A stretch of 64,000 nt of DNA, taken from the NCBI GenBank assembly GCA_040954595.2, contig CM082593.2, positions 11,731,477-11,795,476 on the forward strand, read 5' to 3'. The notes beneath the pieces were generated by a model. The model did no database searches. It was not told the DNA's origin and saw nothing but the letters and a program-made list of their open reading frames with translations. Origin of the DNA: Balanoglossus misakiensis (taxonomy: Eukaryota; Animalia; Hemichordata). This document shows, one piece after another, positions 26,645-39,926 of the stretch. The translations under genes were made by a program, and so were the position numbers. How positions within the stretch are numbered: position 1 is the first letter of the stretch; each line of letters opens with the position of its first letter.

Positions 26645-27515
26645 AAGCAATAACCCCCACCGAAGGCGGGTATACGCGATATTTGGGTACAATTCGAGAT
26701 ATATAGCACGAGCCGTCAGGCGAGTGCTATATGGAGGGAATTGTACCCAAATCAAGTGTATACCCGACTGAGGCGGGGGTTATTGCTATTATATTATATC
26801 AACAATTGTTTTTGTGGCATATCAGTGTCATTTTCTTACCGAAACGGCGTCAGAAAGAGAAATTACGATCGTGAACCAACATGGCGACAATGAATGTAAA
26901 CACGAGCAGCCGGGATCGAGCATTAAACATGAAGCAGACGACAAAAAGTGACAAGACTGGCATTGCGCGTGATAAAGTGACAAATATTTTCACAGAGCAG
27001 TTCCAAAATGAAACATCTGTTCATTCAACAGTATTTTTGTTTTATTTATTTGATTTAAACACGCGCGACTGTGGTTTAACCGCACATTTTTGCTGCCATA
27101 TGCTAGTTCAGCGGCCCGTTTTAGCAGTGCATTATTGAGTATTATATTATACCAGTATATTGATGGTGTAAATCACGCTATTTGATTGGTCGAGACACGA
27201 CACGTGACCGTGATATATTAGCCATATACCACAGTCATATATCATAGTCAAAGAAAATGCCTTTTTAAAAGGTTTTATGCAAAGTTTCAATATACTGGCA
27301 TAATATAATAGCATTAAAACACCCCCAGCCATGGTATACCACGAGATTTTGACCAGTTCAACTCCATATACGCACTCGCTATCGCTCGTGCGTATATGTT
27401 GTGAACTGGTCAAAATCTCGTGGTATACCATGGCTAGGGATGTTTTATTGCTTAATTTTAGCATCGCTGGATTGAGCTCTCGTCCAATCAGAATTGTGGA
27501 CGGTAGCATGATATA
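26645..27515 (+). mobile_element. Hairpin-headed element containing a nested inverted element (27146-27452)
   Basis: Palindrome agcaataacccc..ggggttattgct with apex GAGCCGTCAGGCGA (26710-26723). Confidence 0.7.
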
Positions 27516-29302
27516 ATATAATACAGAATTATTTACAGTCATGATTTGTATGTGTTATTACAGGCTAATACCAGTACTTCACTACCGATGGATCTGGACA
27601 TACCAGTGCCCTCTACAGCTCAAGTGCATCAAGTTGACTCACCAGCAGCAAGTTGATCCACAACAACAAAAACAACAACAACAACAGCAGAAAAGTGTTG
27701 TTTGGCACGGAGCCTTGGAATGGCAAGAGGTGTGTACAGCTCACATACAAATAACTAATTAAAACAATTGACTGTAGGTCAATGGGGTTATTGTGGTTGG
27801 ATCATGTTGGATAGTGAGCATTTTTTAGGGTGCTTCCAGATGTATCTTTGGAGGGTACACATTACACAAATTATGAGCTTGGCTGAACAACGTGTGGTAG
27901 TACCCATCAAGGAAATACACAGATTGGTCTTTCATCCAGAGGCACACAGTGTACATGCAATGCAATCATTTCCCTTTGTACGTCTTAACAAAGCAACCTT
28001 ATACGACAGGAGCAGATTTAGATAAAAAATTTCATCTGGGTGATAAACTATATAAGTCCACTGTTACTTGGGATTTGAAACTCAATGATAATTTTGTTAG
28101 TGACATTCTCATGTTGGATGACCTACAACACTTTGTATTCATTAATTCATTGCATAAGTAGAGGTGAAATATTTAAATAATAACACATGTTAGCGAGGGC
28201 AATATCATGATCTTTTGCCTGCACAAGGGATGGTGATTGGAGTCAATTTTTTTCCCCACAGCAATCACTTGGTGCCATGTTTCAAAACTCACGCACTGTG
28301 GTGTTCCAGTTTATGAATAACAGCCAGGAAGCATACATATCTCTCTTCAGAATAATGTCTGGAGGATTTGTAAGTATTATCTTATAATTGCACTGTAAAA
28401 TTAAAGGATCATGTCAATTGTACTGCCATGCACCTGCAACTGACACTTTACATATTAAAGGCCATTTTCTCAATCTCAGGGCAGAACAATGAAGACAAAT
28501 AAGAAATCCTTTGTGTTAGCACGCAACTGTTGAGCAGGGCCTTTAAAGGGTCACTGTGTCTGCAATTTCTATTTTTAGCATTTTGTTCTGTATATCAACT
28601 GCACTTTCAAGTACAGTCAAACCCGTCTAACACCAAAGGGACTGAAGAAATTGTTTGGATTGCAGGTGTCCAATTTAAAGAGGTTCAACATGTGGTTGTA
28701 GATACTCACCAACACATGTGTGTAATTAGTGAGTGGTTGCATGACATCAATGCATGACAAAAGCTCATCACTATGTAAGACTCAGAAATAGAATTTGAAT
28801 ACAAATCTTATTAAACAAAAAAAACTCTAAAATTTACATGTTATTTTAACACCTGTTTACTCCTATAAAAGTGATTGCATGTGTTTGTGAGTTCTCTTCA
28901 ATCCAGAAGCCATTTTGTAGGCCTTAGTTGGTGCATGCAGTTCCTAGACTTAGAAATAAAGTTTGGTTGAACTCAAACGCCTCAAGTCCAGTTGACCATC
29001 TCACACTTCTGGCACTGGTGGGATTCAAACCAACTCCATCAAAATAACTGCAGGTGCCTAAAACCGCTTGACTGTAGGACATAAATGCCTGACAGTGATA
29101 TAACTATATTATAATGTTACATCGACAATATATAAGTTTTGGGATATTTTGTCTCAAATGATCAAATTGAGACAAATTATCCCCATCTTGTTATAAATCT
29201 GACCCCAGGTGTCTTTGGTGTGACATTCCAGTAGTCAAGAGTAGGCTTATCTTGAATAATGTAATGCTTGTAAATAATTTCTAATTTCTTCTTACCTTCC
29301 AG

Positions 29303-29425
29303 ATATGAATGAATGTCACAGTGGAGGAAATGCATGTCAACACTGTTGTCAGAATACCCATGGTAGTTATCTCTGCGCTTGCAGACCAGGATTCTATCTG
29401 CTGGAAGATGGCCATGCATGTGACG
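29303..29425 (+). pseudogene. Calcium-binding EGF exon, phase 1-1
   Basis: DMNECHSGGNACQHCCQNTHGSYLCACRPGFYLLEDGHACD; 123 nt, AG/GTATG; one extra Cys. Confidence 0.85.
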
Positions 29426-29442
29426 GTATGTAACTGTGGATT

Positions 29443-29638
29443 TTGGTCTCTTCTGTGGCTACATTATTTGGGGATTGTATATTGCTATGGTTACAATCAG
29501 CTAAACATTGGTCTCTTCTGTGGCTACATTGTTTGGGGATTGTATATTGCTATGGTTACAATCAGCTAAACATTGGTCTCTTCTGTGGCTACACTGTTTT
29601 TGGGGATTGCATATTGCTATGGTTACAATCAGCTAAAC
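29443..29638. repeat. 65-bp tandem repeat x3
   Basis: Units start at 29443, 29508 and 29573. Homology to copy A begins inside the third unit. Confidence 0.9.
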
Positions 29639-30245
29639 ACACATCCTGTCTATCCATTGCACACATTTTAAAATTTGAAATCAACCGCACACTCGTACTG
29701 AACACATGTTTGTTGAAATTGTATCTTAGAATTTTTCCAATTTTAATTATGCATAATATAAACAAATTAACAAATGTGAAAACTTATCTTTGAAAATGTG
29801 TTTGCAAGGGTGAAAAAGTAATCTGTATTTTAAAAATCAGACGAAGTTTTGCTGACAGGGTACACAAGTTTCAGGGGATTTTGGAGAGAGTGTTACAATT
29901 CCTAGGAAGAGATTGCCAAGGATATTGAGGACTTTGGTGTAAACACAATTAATTGATCAAGAAATATGTGGTTAAGAATATGTGTCATCAACCTCACACG
30001 ACACTATAAGACTGTCTGATATATTCATGTACAAGTATTTTCACTACTTATTTGCATAATTCATTGAAATTAACATAAATTATCAACCTATAGCTAAGTA
30101 AATTACCTCTGCAAAGAATAAATATACACTTAGAAAATTCATATAGTTTTCATCTCATTACAAAATGCTTCTCTGAGGGTACAGTAATTTTTAACGGGTA
30201 TATTCTTGATAACTCATCACCGTGAATGATCATTTCAAAACTTAA

Positions 30246-31040
30246 GATGGGACCCCTTATCTTTTTGCCCGTTGCTATGGGCCTTTACAGGACATTACAC
30301 TCAATTTTGATCGAAACCGTTATAAACGTCCGACAAGGGGCTTGTAACTAGTTAAAAATACGCACGATAGTGTGCACACACTCTGTCCGAGTATGGTTAC
30401 GGCAGCTACCGCCCGGCCATAGGCCGCCACGCTAATACGGCAAAGCAGCGGTCAGCGATAGCGTGCGCGTCCCGTAACCACAGTAACTGGATCGAATGCT
30501 AAAAATCCAATGTTTTGTACACAGAGATTTTGCACCGTTCACAAAAATCCCTAAGCCTTTTTTCACAGGCGACGTAGGCCAGCCGAATTTGACCTGCTTG
30601 TTGAGAACGTACTTCAGCACAGTGTGACAGATCGTTTTTTCAGTTTTCGTCGTGCTAAGAAGCGATACCGGTGGAATAGTGCGTCCAAAAACACCCAAAA
30701 TCGATGACTTTTTCAGGTGTGGTACGGGTATGCTGAAATCGTAGGATACAACGATAATATTCGAAAGCAAAATCCGTCACGATCTTCCCTGGTTCGAGCA
30801 ACTAATGAATACGTATCAAGTTCGTTTTTTAGGTCACGGAATAAAAAGCCTTAGGCTTTTTGAAATTTGACCTAGCTAAATTGCATATCAATGGCGTCAG
30901 GGGGCGCGCGCTCACAATCGTGCAGATTTTCAACTTGTTGCCAGCCCCTTGTTAGACTCTGAAAACGGCTTAGTCCAAATCGGGGTGTAATGTCCTATAT
31001 AGGCCCATAGCAACGGGCAAAAAGATACGGGGGACCCATC
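30246..31040. mobile_element. TTAA-flanked non-autonomous TIR element (Kolobok-like or Sola3-like)
   Basis: ~55-bp TIR gatgggWcccc.tatctttttgcccgttgctatgggcct..aggacattacac with TTAA on both sides. Empty site acTTAAcaagg near 3943. Confidence 0.85.
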
Positions 31041-31370
31041 TTAACAAGGCATATGGCTAAAGAGGATTCAGTGTTTGTGCACCTTCTATCCACAATGCTG
31101 GATCTATTGACAGTTTTCAAAGGGGTTTTTAAGACTCGTCCTTTTATTCAGCACTATTTCATTCCATTGCTTTTTTGGTTTATAGGGATTGTCTTTCAGA
31201 ACTGTTTCTGTTTGTTTGGGGTTTTTAAGTGTAATTTTTATCCTTTAAGCTTTCACTTGTTTTCTAATTTTATTATTTTCTGTAGAAAATGCACTGAGAT
31301 GGATGTGTATTACATTTGTTAGGAAATAAATAATAATAAATTTATTAATAATAACTATCATTGATTTCAG

Positions 31371-31487
31371 ATGTCAATGAATATATGGAGAGAGCAGATC
31401 TTTGTGGAGGCCAGTGTGTGAATACAGCAGGCTCTTTTTATTGCACTTGTGCTGTGGAATATTGATTGGTCAATGGAGAGTGTACAG
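31371..31487 (+). pseudogene. Decayed calcium-binding EGF exon (copy B)
   Basis: DVNEYMERADLCGGQCVNTAGSFYCTCAVEY*LVNGECT; same Cys-to-Tyr change and stop as copy A. Confidence 0.85.
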
Positions 31488-33793
31488 GTAAGATCAACAC
31501 AATATAGAAATAATGCACAACGCCCTGACCATTAACGTTTGTTTTTGGGCAAGGGCGAGGGGAAAGCCCAAAATTCATGGGCAAGGCTTCTGAGCCCATG
31601 AAATTTGGCTTTCCTAGAGCCCGAGCCCTATATTTATTTCCATTACATTACCAACAATCTCAAGAAAACCATCAATATTTATGAAAATGTCCCACACACA
31701 AGACTAGGGGCCCCGGAACTTGTGTTATGCAAAATGTTGTGTTCACTGAACTATTTGCTAATATTACTATTCAGATTTACGGGCATGTAAACAAACCATT
31801 ACTGGGTATTTGTGGTCAGTGATGTCGTTCATCTTGACCAATTAAAATGCAACGCACAGACCATGGTAATATAATATATGGGCAACGAAAGGTCCTATAT
31901 CTGTAACTTTTGAATTTTTATTCAGTATTATGCTGGTTATCAACCATCATTTCTTGTTCAGCTCGGTGAAGCAGGGTAAGCAATGTTGTTATTGTTTAAA
32001 AATTGTATTCAAGCCTGGGTCTGGACTTGGATGCAATTTGTCAATAATAACAGTGATTGGTAACTGCATGTTTTCATTACTGGCTATCTGTTAAAGAGAC
32101 CATTTGCTGTGTGTACAGTACACATGCCATTGGCAGCTTATGGGTCAGCCAGTGTTTGCCTGTTAATCTCTCGTTGTGTATGTGTGTCTGTACAGTCAGA
32201 TCGCATGGTACTCATTAACATATGGTAATGAGGGAAAGTACTTCATACCATGTAGCCGTTACCGTGGGCCCCGCTGAAGGGTCGCGAAATAGGCCATTTT
32301 TTTACGCGACATTATAGAGCTGATTTCAGGTGAGGAGGACTGTGTACAAAATTGAGTATAGACAACTCAGGTTTTAAAGGATTTTCATCATTTCCACTGT
32401 GTCAACATCACTACATCCTTGCTGTGAGAAAAAGCCATCCTTTGTGTACTTCGTGCTTATCACGGGCAAACAATTTGTTTAAAATCCCTGATTTTGATAT
32501 GGTGCAAACATTTCACCAACAAACTAACACACCATTTGCCCTTACTCAAGACAGCCTGATTTGTTTGAAATGTTATAAACATTTGTTGCTTTAGCGGAAA
32601 AAGCAACGTGTAGTATTCAACAAGGCCTAATTATGTCGAGTGATATAGCACTTGCTGAAGAAATTAAAAAATATGTCACAATGCTACAAAAAGGCTGCAG
32701 CTGTGACACCGACTTGGTGAATTTTGCATGCTGGAAAACTGTTGTCTTTTTAGGAGAAGTGCTCCTCAGAAAACACGCCATTCTAGTGTTTGACGTCAGG
32801 CAATATTTCAATGATTGTTTAGACGATGAATATCAGACTTTGCGACCCAAGGTCAAGGTACAACCAGTGGAATTCCACAGAAAACCTAATAGCTGGCTTA
32901 TTCGGGAATTTCTATGTGTGTATTATCCAATTCACCTTTCTGTTGTATCAAAAGTGAGTAGAAAGTTCTCCACCTTTTTGTACCGAACGGGTTCAGATCT
33001 CACTATTGCCCTCCAAAATGCACTTGTCGAACATCCCCAGTATGTTGTGCATACAACAGATAGAGAGGCTTGAAAAGCAAGTATGAGACTTGAGTAAAGT
33101 TGACGTTGACTTTTTCAAAATGCTTGATTTGGTGGCTGTGAAATTAAATGTCAGCATTTATCAGCAATCTTAAAAATTCAGTAATTACTGCAAAACAAAC
33201 ACTGTTGATCTGAGTACACTTGATGTTGAATATATTGTCAGTGAGATTGACCCTGTGTTATGGAATACTATTTTTATATATAATCCCATGATATTTTTCT
33301 TTGTTTGACGTCATCGTATACGAGTGTTTTCGCAGAGCCGTGCAACTTCGAGCCGTAGGCAAGAAGTTGCTAGACTCCGCGAAAACCACGAGTATACGAT
33401 GACGTTAAATAAAGAAAAATATCATGGGATTATATATTTATCACATGAACAGTCTTCTTATTTTTCGTTAGAAGAGGTAGGATACAATATTCCAATATCC
33501 TGCTAAAATATTCGAGCGGCCTTGTAGTTTATTTAGCGGGATTACGTTCTTTCCCCTGCGCAACGATCTGTGGCCCCAACGAGATATGCTAATTATGGAA
33601 TCACTTTCATTCATAAAGTGAAATCGACTTTTAAGTTTTTACACTTTTGCGTCTTGTCTACCAATCAGATTCGCGGAGTCAGTCACTTGGGCCAGAATTT
33701 TGATACATTTTGCCTGTCAATCATTGTCTCGCGCTGTGTACATGTCAACACAACATCCTAGCAATTAATCGCGTCGAGTTGCCTGCAAAGTTA

Positions 33794-34559
33794 GGCTAGT
33801 TATACTTTGCGAAACAACGAAACAGCGAAACGAAACAGCGAAACGACGAAACCATTATTAAAATAGGGGCCAGTCATCAAGACGGTGGCGTATTATTATT
33901 TTAAAAGTTTCCAAATAAGTTCCTGGTCTGCGGCCTGGTACTAGTGGTTGCGCGCCAAAAAAGAATCCCGCCCCAAAAGGTCAATGTACGAGTATATTCA
34001 CAGGGCTAAGAATTAGTTGAAACAAAGCAGTAGTGTCTGTAAGCTTTCGAGGGTCAAACACTGATGGGGGGTAAGAGTAGTAGTTATATATAGAAACACA
34101 TGTAACTCACACAACACAGTATCATTGTCGAAATTTCTTTATTATCTTAATTGCAATTCATGCCTCCCCGCCTTGTGGTATTTAAGGAAATAGTGTCAGT
34201 TGCTGCCGCATTTTGAGGTTTCGATCTTTTGTGGTTTCGTTGTGCGCTTGCGTATATTCACTGTGTATATGTAGCAGTTTGGCATGAATCGTTTGCGCGC
34301 ACACGACGTCGACTCTACCACTACATAGTACCAGGCCGCAGACCAGGAACTGGCGACCCGCCCTTTGTTTCCAACGCCAAATTCTAATGTTGAATTTCCG
34401 AGAAAACAATTTATCTGACCTGTAGTTTTCTTGGCTCGCTTACGTTTTAATTTGGAAACTTTAAAAAAAATCATACGCCACCGTCTTGATGACTGGCCCC
34501 TATTTTAACAATGGTTTTGTCGTTTCGCTGTTTCGTTGTTTCGCAAAGTATAACTAGCC
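33794..34559. mobile_element. Mutator-like (MULE) non-autonomous element
   Basis: GG..CC termini, ~90-100-bp TIRs, and a 9-bp TSD GCAAAGTTA (33785-33793, 34560-34568; single copy near 53009). Confidence 0.85.
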
Positions 34560-34812
34560 GCAAAGTTATGCTGCAAGTCGCAGTTTGACAGAAAAAATGA
34601 CGCACTTCACTGTAAAATTTATGAAAAAATAAACACAGTTCCATTGCCATATATCCTAAAACCGTTATTGTGACAGGATATTAAAAATATTAGTCCAGGA
34701 ACGATGTTCAAGGTTCAAGGTTGCGTTTGCGTCTGCCTGGCTAGTCAGCGCAGTTGTGCTTCCGCGGAAATACAACCGTCGCACAGAATCTCAGCCTTGG
34801 ACCCGAGACAAA

Positions 34813-36741
34813 TAGTGCAGGAGCTAAACCCCACATTTTGGCATAATTGTGCACTTTGGGTTAAAATCATGAAATTTAGTACAATTATTCATTGACCCAT
34901 GGCGGACATTTTCCAATATGGATCCCAAAAGACAGCGCCCTCTAGTGGCTAGAAACTGACATTTACACTTTTCCCCCCATTAATGACTCTTTTTGGGCAA
35001 GTTTAACACTCAGAGACAGGAATGTGGGTTGTAAAACATGCTTGCTCCCATACATTCCTTTTAATATTATCCTAATCCTGATGTACATGCATCAGATCAA
35101 TCTTGTATGTTACTAATTGAACGATTTGTTCTTCGAAATAACAACCAGTTCAATACACAAAGTCATGCAAAGGGGTAATACAACACCTCTTCTCCAGAAA
35201 GTCAAGGGTTCTCGAGAATACAGGCAGCATCTAAAGAACATGTGCTGTGAGAAACCTAGCAAAGCTATATCAAAAGCTATATCAAACCAACAGAATCCCA
35301 GTGGAAATCAAGCCCAAGAAAAGAGTCAACCTCAGGAAATCAGTGGCCAAAAGTCATGGACATGATTCTGTAGGTGCTTTAGGTCTAGTCTGACAGCAGT
35401 GGTCATTGTTACTGTGAAGGAAGATGTACCGTTAAAGTCATATTTGTAGACGCAGTCGTAATTATAGACGCACCCCTTTTCTGAGCTGGTTGCAATGTCA
35501 CAAATTCAAAGATTTGGAAAAACGGAAAAGTACATATTTTTAGACGCACCCTGCTTTCAACATGGTGGAGGACACGCCCCCTTTCATTCAATGTGGAAGA
35601 CTGACTAACGGTGATTTTCTTTGCCATTGTTTCAACTGCCCATAATTGCTGGGTCTACGTCTTTTCCATTGTCTCAGTTGCCTATAATTGCTCAGCTGGT
35701 CAACCAACGTCATGACACATGCATGAAATTAACATATGAATACACTTTGACATGTAGTTGACCTCTCATTAATTATCCTCTAAAATCATTTACTCTGATT
35801 GGTTGAAGTTTTCAATGACTGTCACTTTGACATGTGATGCCTTGTCACCCATTGACACATGGCTTCAGACGTAGTTGACCCAGATGGTGTTGACCCAGAC
35901 AGTGTGTCTGATTTCATCAATGGGCATGTAACGTAATTTGCAACATTGTTTATGTGGAAGTAGAAGCTAAGTCTCAGATTACATTATGGGGTGAATATAT
36001 GGACAAGACATGACACTTGAAAATATCAAAAACTCAAACTTTGTATGAATAAAACGATTTTTGAACTGTATGAGGAATAGGCTTCAGACTTTTGAGCAAA
36101 GAACACAAGTCATGCAGCAGGAGTAGAAATGTATGATTGCATACTGGGAAGTACTTTCTTTATGACCTGATTTTTGGCGATGTCTTCTCCTGAGAACAGA
36201 AAAAGTTTGTTTTGAAACTTGGCATACTTCCATATTATTAGACGCACCCTGATTTCAGGATCATTGTAGCAGTCGAAATATTGCAACTTTGTTAAAAAAC
36301 CTGCGTTTACAAATATGACTTTAACGGTAATCAAGATTGATCTGATACATGTATATCAGGATTAGGATAATATACACATGAATGTATGGTAGCAAGCATG
36401 TTTTACAACCCACATTCCTGTTTCAGAGTGTTACAAATGACCAAAAAGTGCCATTAATGGGGGGAAAGTGTGAATGTCAGTTTCTGGCCACAAGAGGGCG
36501 CTGTCATTTTGGATCCATATCAGAAAATGGCCGCCATGGGTCAATGCATAAGTGTACCAAGTTTCAGGCTTTAAACCTGAAGTGCACAGTTTTTAAGTAT
36601 GAATGTCTGTTTCTGGCCACTAGAGGGCGCTGTCATTTTGGATCCATATCAGAAAATGGCCGCCATGGGTCAATGCATAAGTGTACCAAGTTTCATGCTT
36701 TTAACCCAAAGTGCACGATTTTTTTGTTTACTGCCCCACTA
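34813..36741. mobile_element. Non-autonomous Academ-like element (TAG..CTA, 3-bp TSD)
   Basis: TAGTG..CACTA ends, AAA duplicated (empty site acacAAAtgtttt near 53250), and long subterminal inverted repeats. An internally deleted relative at 57278-57456 has a CTA TSD. Confidence 0.75.
36614..36632 (+). promoter_or_regulatory. Strong CTCF-motif match in the subterminal repeat (also 36485-36503 +, 34933-34951 -)
   Basis: TGGCCACTAGAGGGCGCTG compared with the bilaterian CTCF consensus CCASYAGRKGGCRS. Sequence match only. Confidence 0.5.
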
Positions 36742-39309
36742 AAATGTTTTCGATTCTCAAACAAATGAATTGCGATGTTTTTTCCACGTCTTATACTTAT
36801 CGTTGACCAGTGGACAGAATACAGAGTGTTAGTCATCCCGCTCAGCTGGAACAAAACCATTCTCGTAACTTCCGTAAGCCTAAAATCAAGACAATGTGCT
36901 GGCTCGCTCGGGACCAGGCCCGCTAGCTGCAAGCACACATTCATGATCGTAGCGTTGACGTTTCAAATTCTACCTTTCTCGTATTGATTTTACCCAGCGA
37001 TATTCTTACGGAACCGTCATGGAACCGTCAGTTTTATATGACTTATGTACAACTACGGGTTCATCCACTTGTTTATTCCGTTTCACAAGAAAGTTACAGC
37101 GACGGGCGAATCAGTGTAAATAGTTCCGGTTGATGACGTAGAACAGGAGTAAATTCGGATTTTTTATTCGACCTGTTCTACGTCACACAAGCGGCTATAC
37201 GGGCCAGTTCATGTGATAAAACGTTGAACAACAGTGAATGCAGTAAATTAAAAAGCCCCAACTTTGAATGGAATAAACACTACTATGGATTTTATGACCA
37301 GCACTCTATGGAGAGTAGAGCACGTTTGTTTTGTGTGTATGCTATTGTTCACTTGTTCTGATCATTGTACTTACCCATTGCATACTTACCTGGCTGATAT
37401 TGTTGAAGGTTATAGTAGGTCATCTACTCTAGTGAAAATTCTAAATTGATTTGGTATTATTTGTTCTGGAGATACATTGCATAGATACATGTTGGGAGTT
37501 ATCAACAAAAGAACATCAGCTGATTTCACAGAGGAAAATATTGCAAATAATGCATTTTGTATAACTTCCATTGACAATATTGATAAATCAGCTAAATATG
37601 CAGCTGCTAGAGCTGATCCAAAGGACAGAGGTTTCCACGGTACCTCTTATCAAATGGTCCAACCAAAACCAAAGTCAATTTTGAACAGTGTTGATGATAT
37701 TGTTTTTGGCAGTCATGACAAACATTCAACTGTCAAAGATTTTAAGCTAATCAACATATATGGTGATGGAAGGTGCTTTTTCAGGAGCATCTCTGTGAGA
37801 AATGATATTGCATTGCAAAATTGCGATCATCTACCTAGTGGACTCCCTTCTGACCCAATTTTAGCTGACCGAGAGAAAATATTCGCAGACAAGTTAAGAG
37901 CAGATACAGTAGACATAATGCGTGCCAATCATATATACATTGAATAATTGGATGATGCACAACTTGATGTCCTGTTAGACGGCACTCGTTATATGGACAT
38001 TTTGCACAGGACACAATGTATGGAAAAGGCAGATTAATATGCTGGTATGCCAGAAATGTTATCTGTAGTGTATGTTGCAAAATGTCCATTACATATATAC
38101 ACCAAGCAGAATGATATATTTGCAAGAGGTGATGGTGATGTGTTCTCCAAGACTGAGCCTGTCTGTCTCTTGTACACACCAGACAGGCCAGGTCAACCAG
38201 GCCATTATGATTTGCTTCTTAACAGGCAGTTAATTAAAAGTAAAGATAGTCTGGTGAGTGAAAATGCACAGAATTCATTTGAACGGTGGCAGGAATTAAA
38301 CAGTGGCTTTTGTTCACAAAATATAGTAGACTCTGAAATGAATGAAATTTTTGGCAATTTGTGGAAATAATACTAAAATCATGGTTGACAGATCTATCTA
38401 AAAAAAATACTGGTACAGGTTTGATTGCAAAAGCCTGTACAATTACGGAGAAAAAAATCCAATGATACTGTTCATGATGATGTAGTATTTAAACCACCTC
38501 TACTGAGACAACATCAACCACGGTCATCAATTTCGCTGTCAGATTTTGACATTAAACAAGAAGAAGCCATTGCTTGGTCAGAACTGTTTTCTGACAATTC
38601 ATTTTTGCTCTACAGAAAAATGCAATGCACAGAGCTGATATAGAAACAGTTTTTGGGGATTTTAAATCAACATTAGCAACAAATGCTAACAGTAATGACA
38701 GTGAATGCTCAAATGTCATTTATTTGGGCATAGCAAGTGAACACGCAGACACCATTGAAACTGTCCATAACATTATCAATAAGCTGTATATGTTACATTC
38801 AGAGTTGGTGTAAGAATAAAATACCTGGTTGTGGTTTGGTGATGGGAAAACTTTCCATCACCTGATAAAGTTAAAAGACATGTATGGTGCAAATTTAGAC
38901 TGGTTGCAGCCTTTTATCAGAGACTGGCACACTCTAAAAAATTACCAACCAGTCATCATGAAAATATTCTGGGATGCTGGCCTAAAACATCTGGCAGGGT
39001 TCAATCATAAAGGGGGAACTTTGAAAACCCTAGTACAGTGTACAAATTTCAAGCTAACTCATCGCTTCCTAACACAAATTTGGGAAAGTATGTTTAGATG
39101 TGTTGTCAATTCCTTTTTGAATAAGAGGGGTGAAACCCATAATACCCAGCACTTAAATACAGAAACAGTCCAAAAATAATTACTAGAAGCTGTCACAAAA
39201 TCTTTGGAATGTACTGAAGATAAAGCTGATCATATTGACAAAATTAATGGTGACCTTAAGGCTCAACTTACTCGCTTGCAAGAGGAATTTCAGATTTTTT
39301 GTGACAGAA

Positions 39310-39926
39310 CACAGTACGATATTTTACCCACAATTCTCCATGATTTGTATCATCGAAGGTTGCCCATTTAATAACTTTTTAGACACTAACAATGATATGA
39401 AGTACATATAAATCTATTTATGTTTATCTAGGAAAAGTACGTTGAGGAATTAGAGTGAAATTCCAAAATCAAAATTTAAAAGCATTAAGAATCAAAGTAT
39501 TCATGTACTGCAAATGCCACACTTTGGAGGAAACAAGCAATGAGGAAACAAGCAATGATTGACTGAGGTGGCCAGTCTCTGTTGAAAGTTAACATGTAAA
39601 TTTCCATTGTTCTGTCAAAAGAAAATATCAATATCGTTTTGTTTGATTAAACAGGTGTTTCAAGTGTCCCTGTTTTACTCCAAACTTTTTGGTATGGCTG
39701 ACTATGCAATTGCTTGATTATTTTATAAAATTCGTATCTTCTCTCTCAATAATACATAATTTTCTAAATCATTTGAAATGGTAATTGACAATAAGATTCA
39801 CCTAAAAAGTAAGATCTCAAAATTTCTATTAGTGGTCTACAATTCTCTCTACACTTTGCCTGGTTTGACTGAGTAATCTCTGATTGTACAAATCAGAATG
39901 AATTATGGGATATTTCACGTACTGTG
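39310..39926. mobile_element. Transib-like element, copy B
   Basis: CACAGTACG..CGTACTGTG termini, CAGAA TSD. Confidence 0.8.

Larger units (their letters stand above)
21820..28369 (+). pseudogene. MED25: Unprocessed partial MED25 (Mediator subunit 25) pseudogene
   Basis: Exon 21820-21918 [30 protein letters not shown] matches the VWA segment (human, from memory, [30 protein letters not shown]). S/T/P/Q-rich exons lie at 23533-23718, 24173-24460, 24892-~25072 and 26206-26346. Exon 27564-27729 ends VVWHGALEWQE (ACID start). Exon 28262-28369 reads QSLGAMFQNSRTVVFQFMNNSQEAYISLFRIMSGGF (ACID). An in-frame stop, apparent frameshifts and missing exons indicate decay. Confidence 0.88.
33278..37219 (+). 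mobile_element. Full-length hairpin-headed element with two nested transposons
   Basis: 5' palindrome plus tttatcacatgaac, ending gttcatgtgataa. Colinear with the uninterrupted copy at 52512-53727. Confidence 0.85.
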
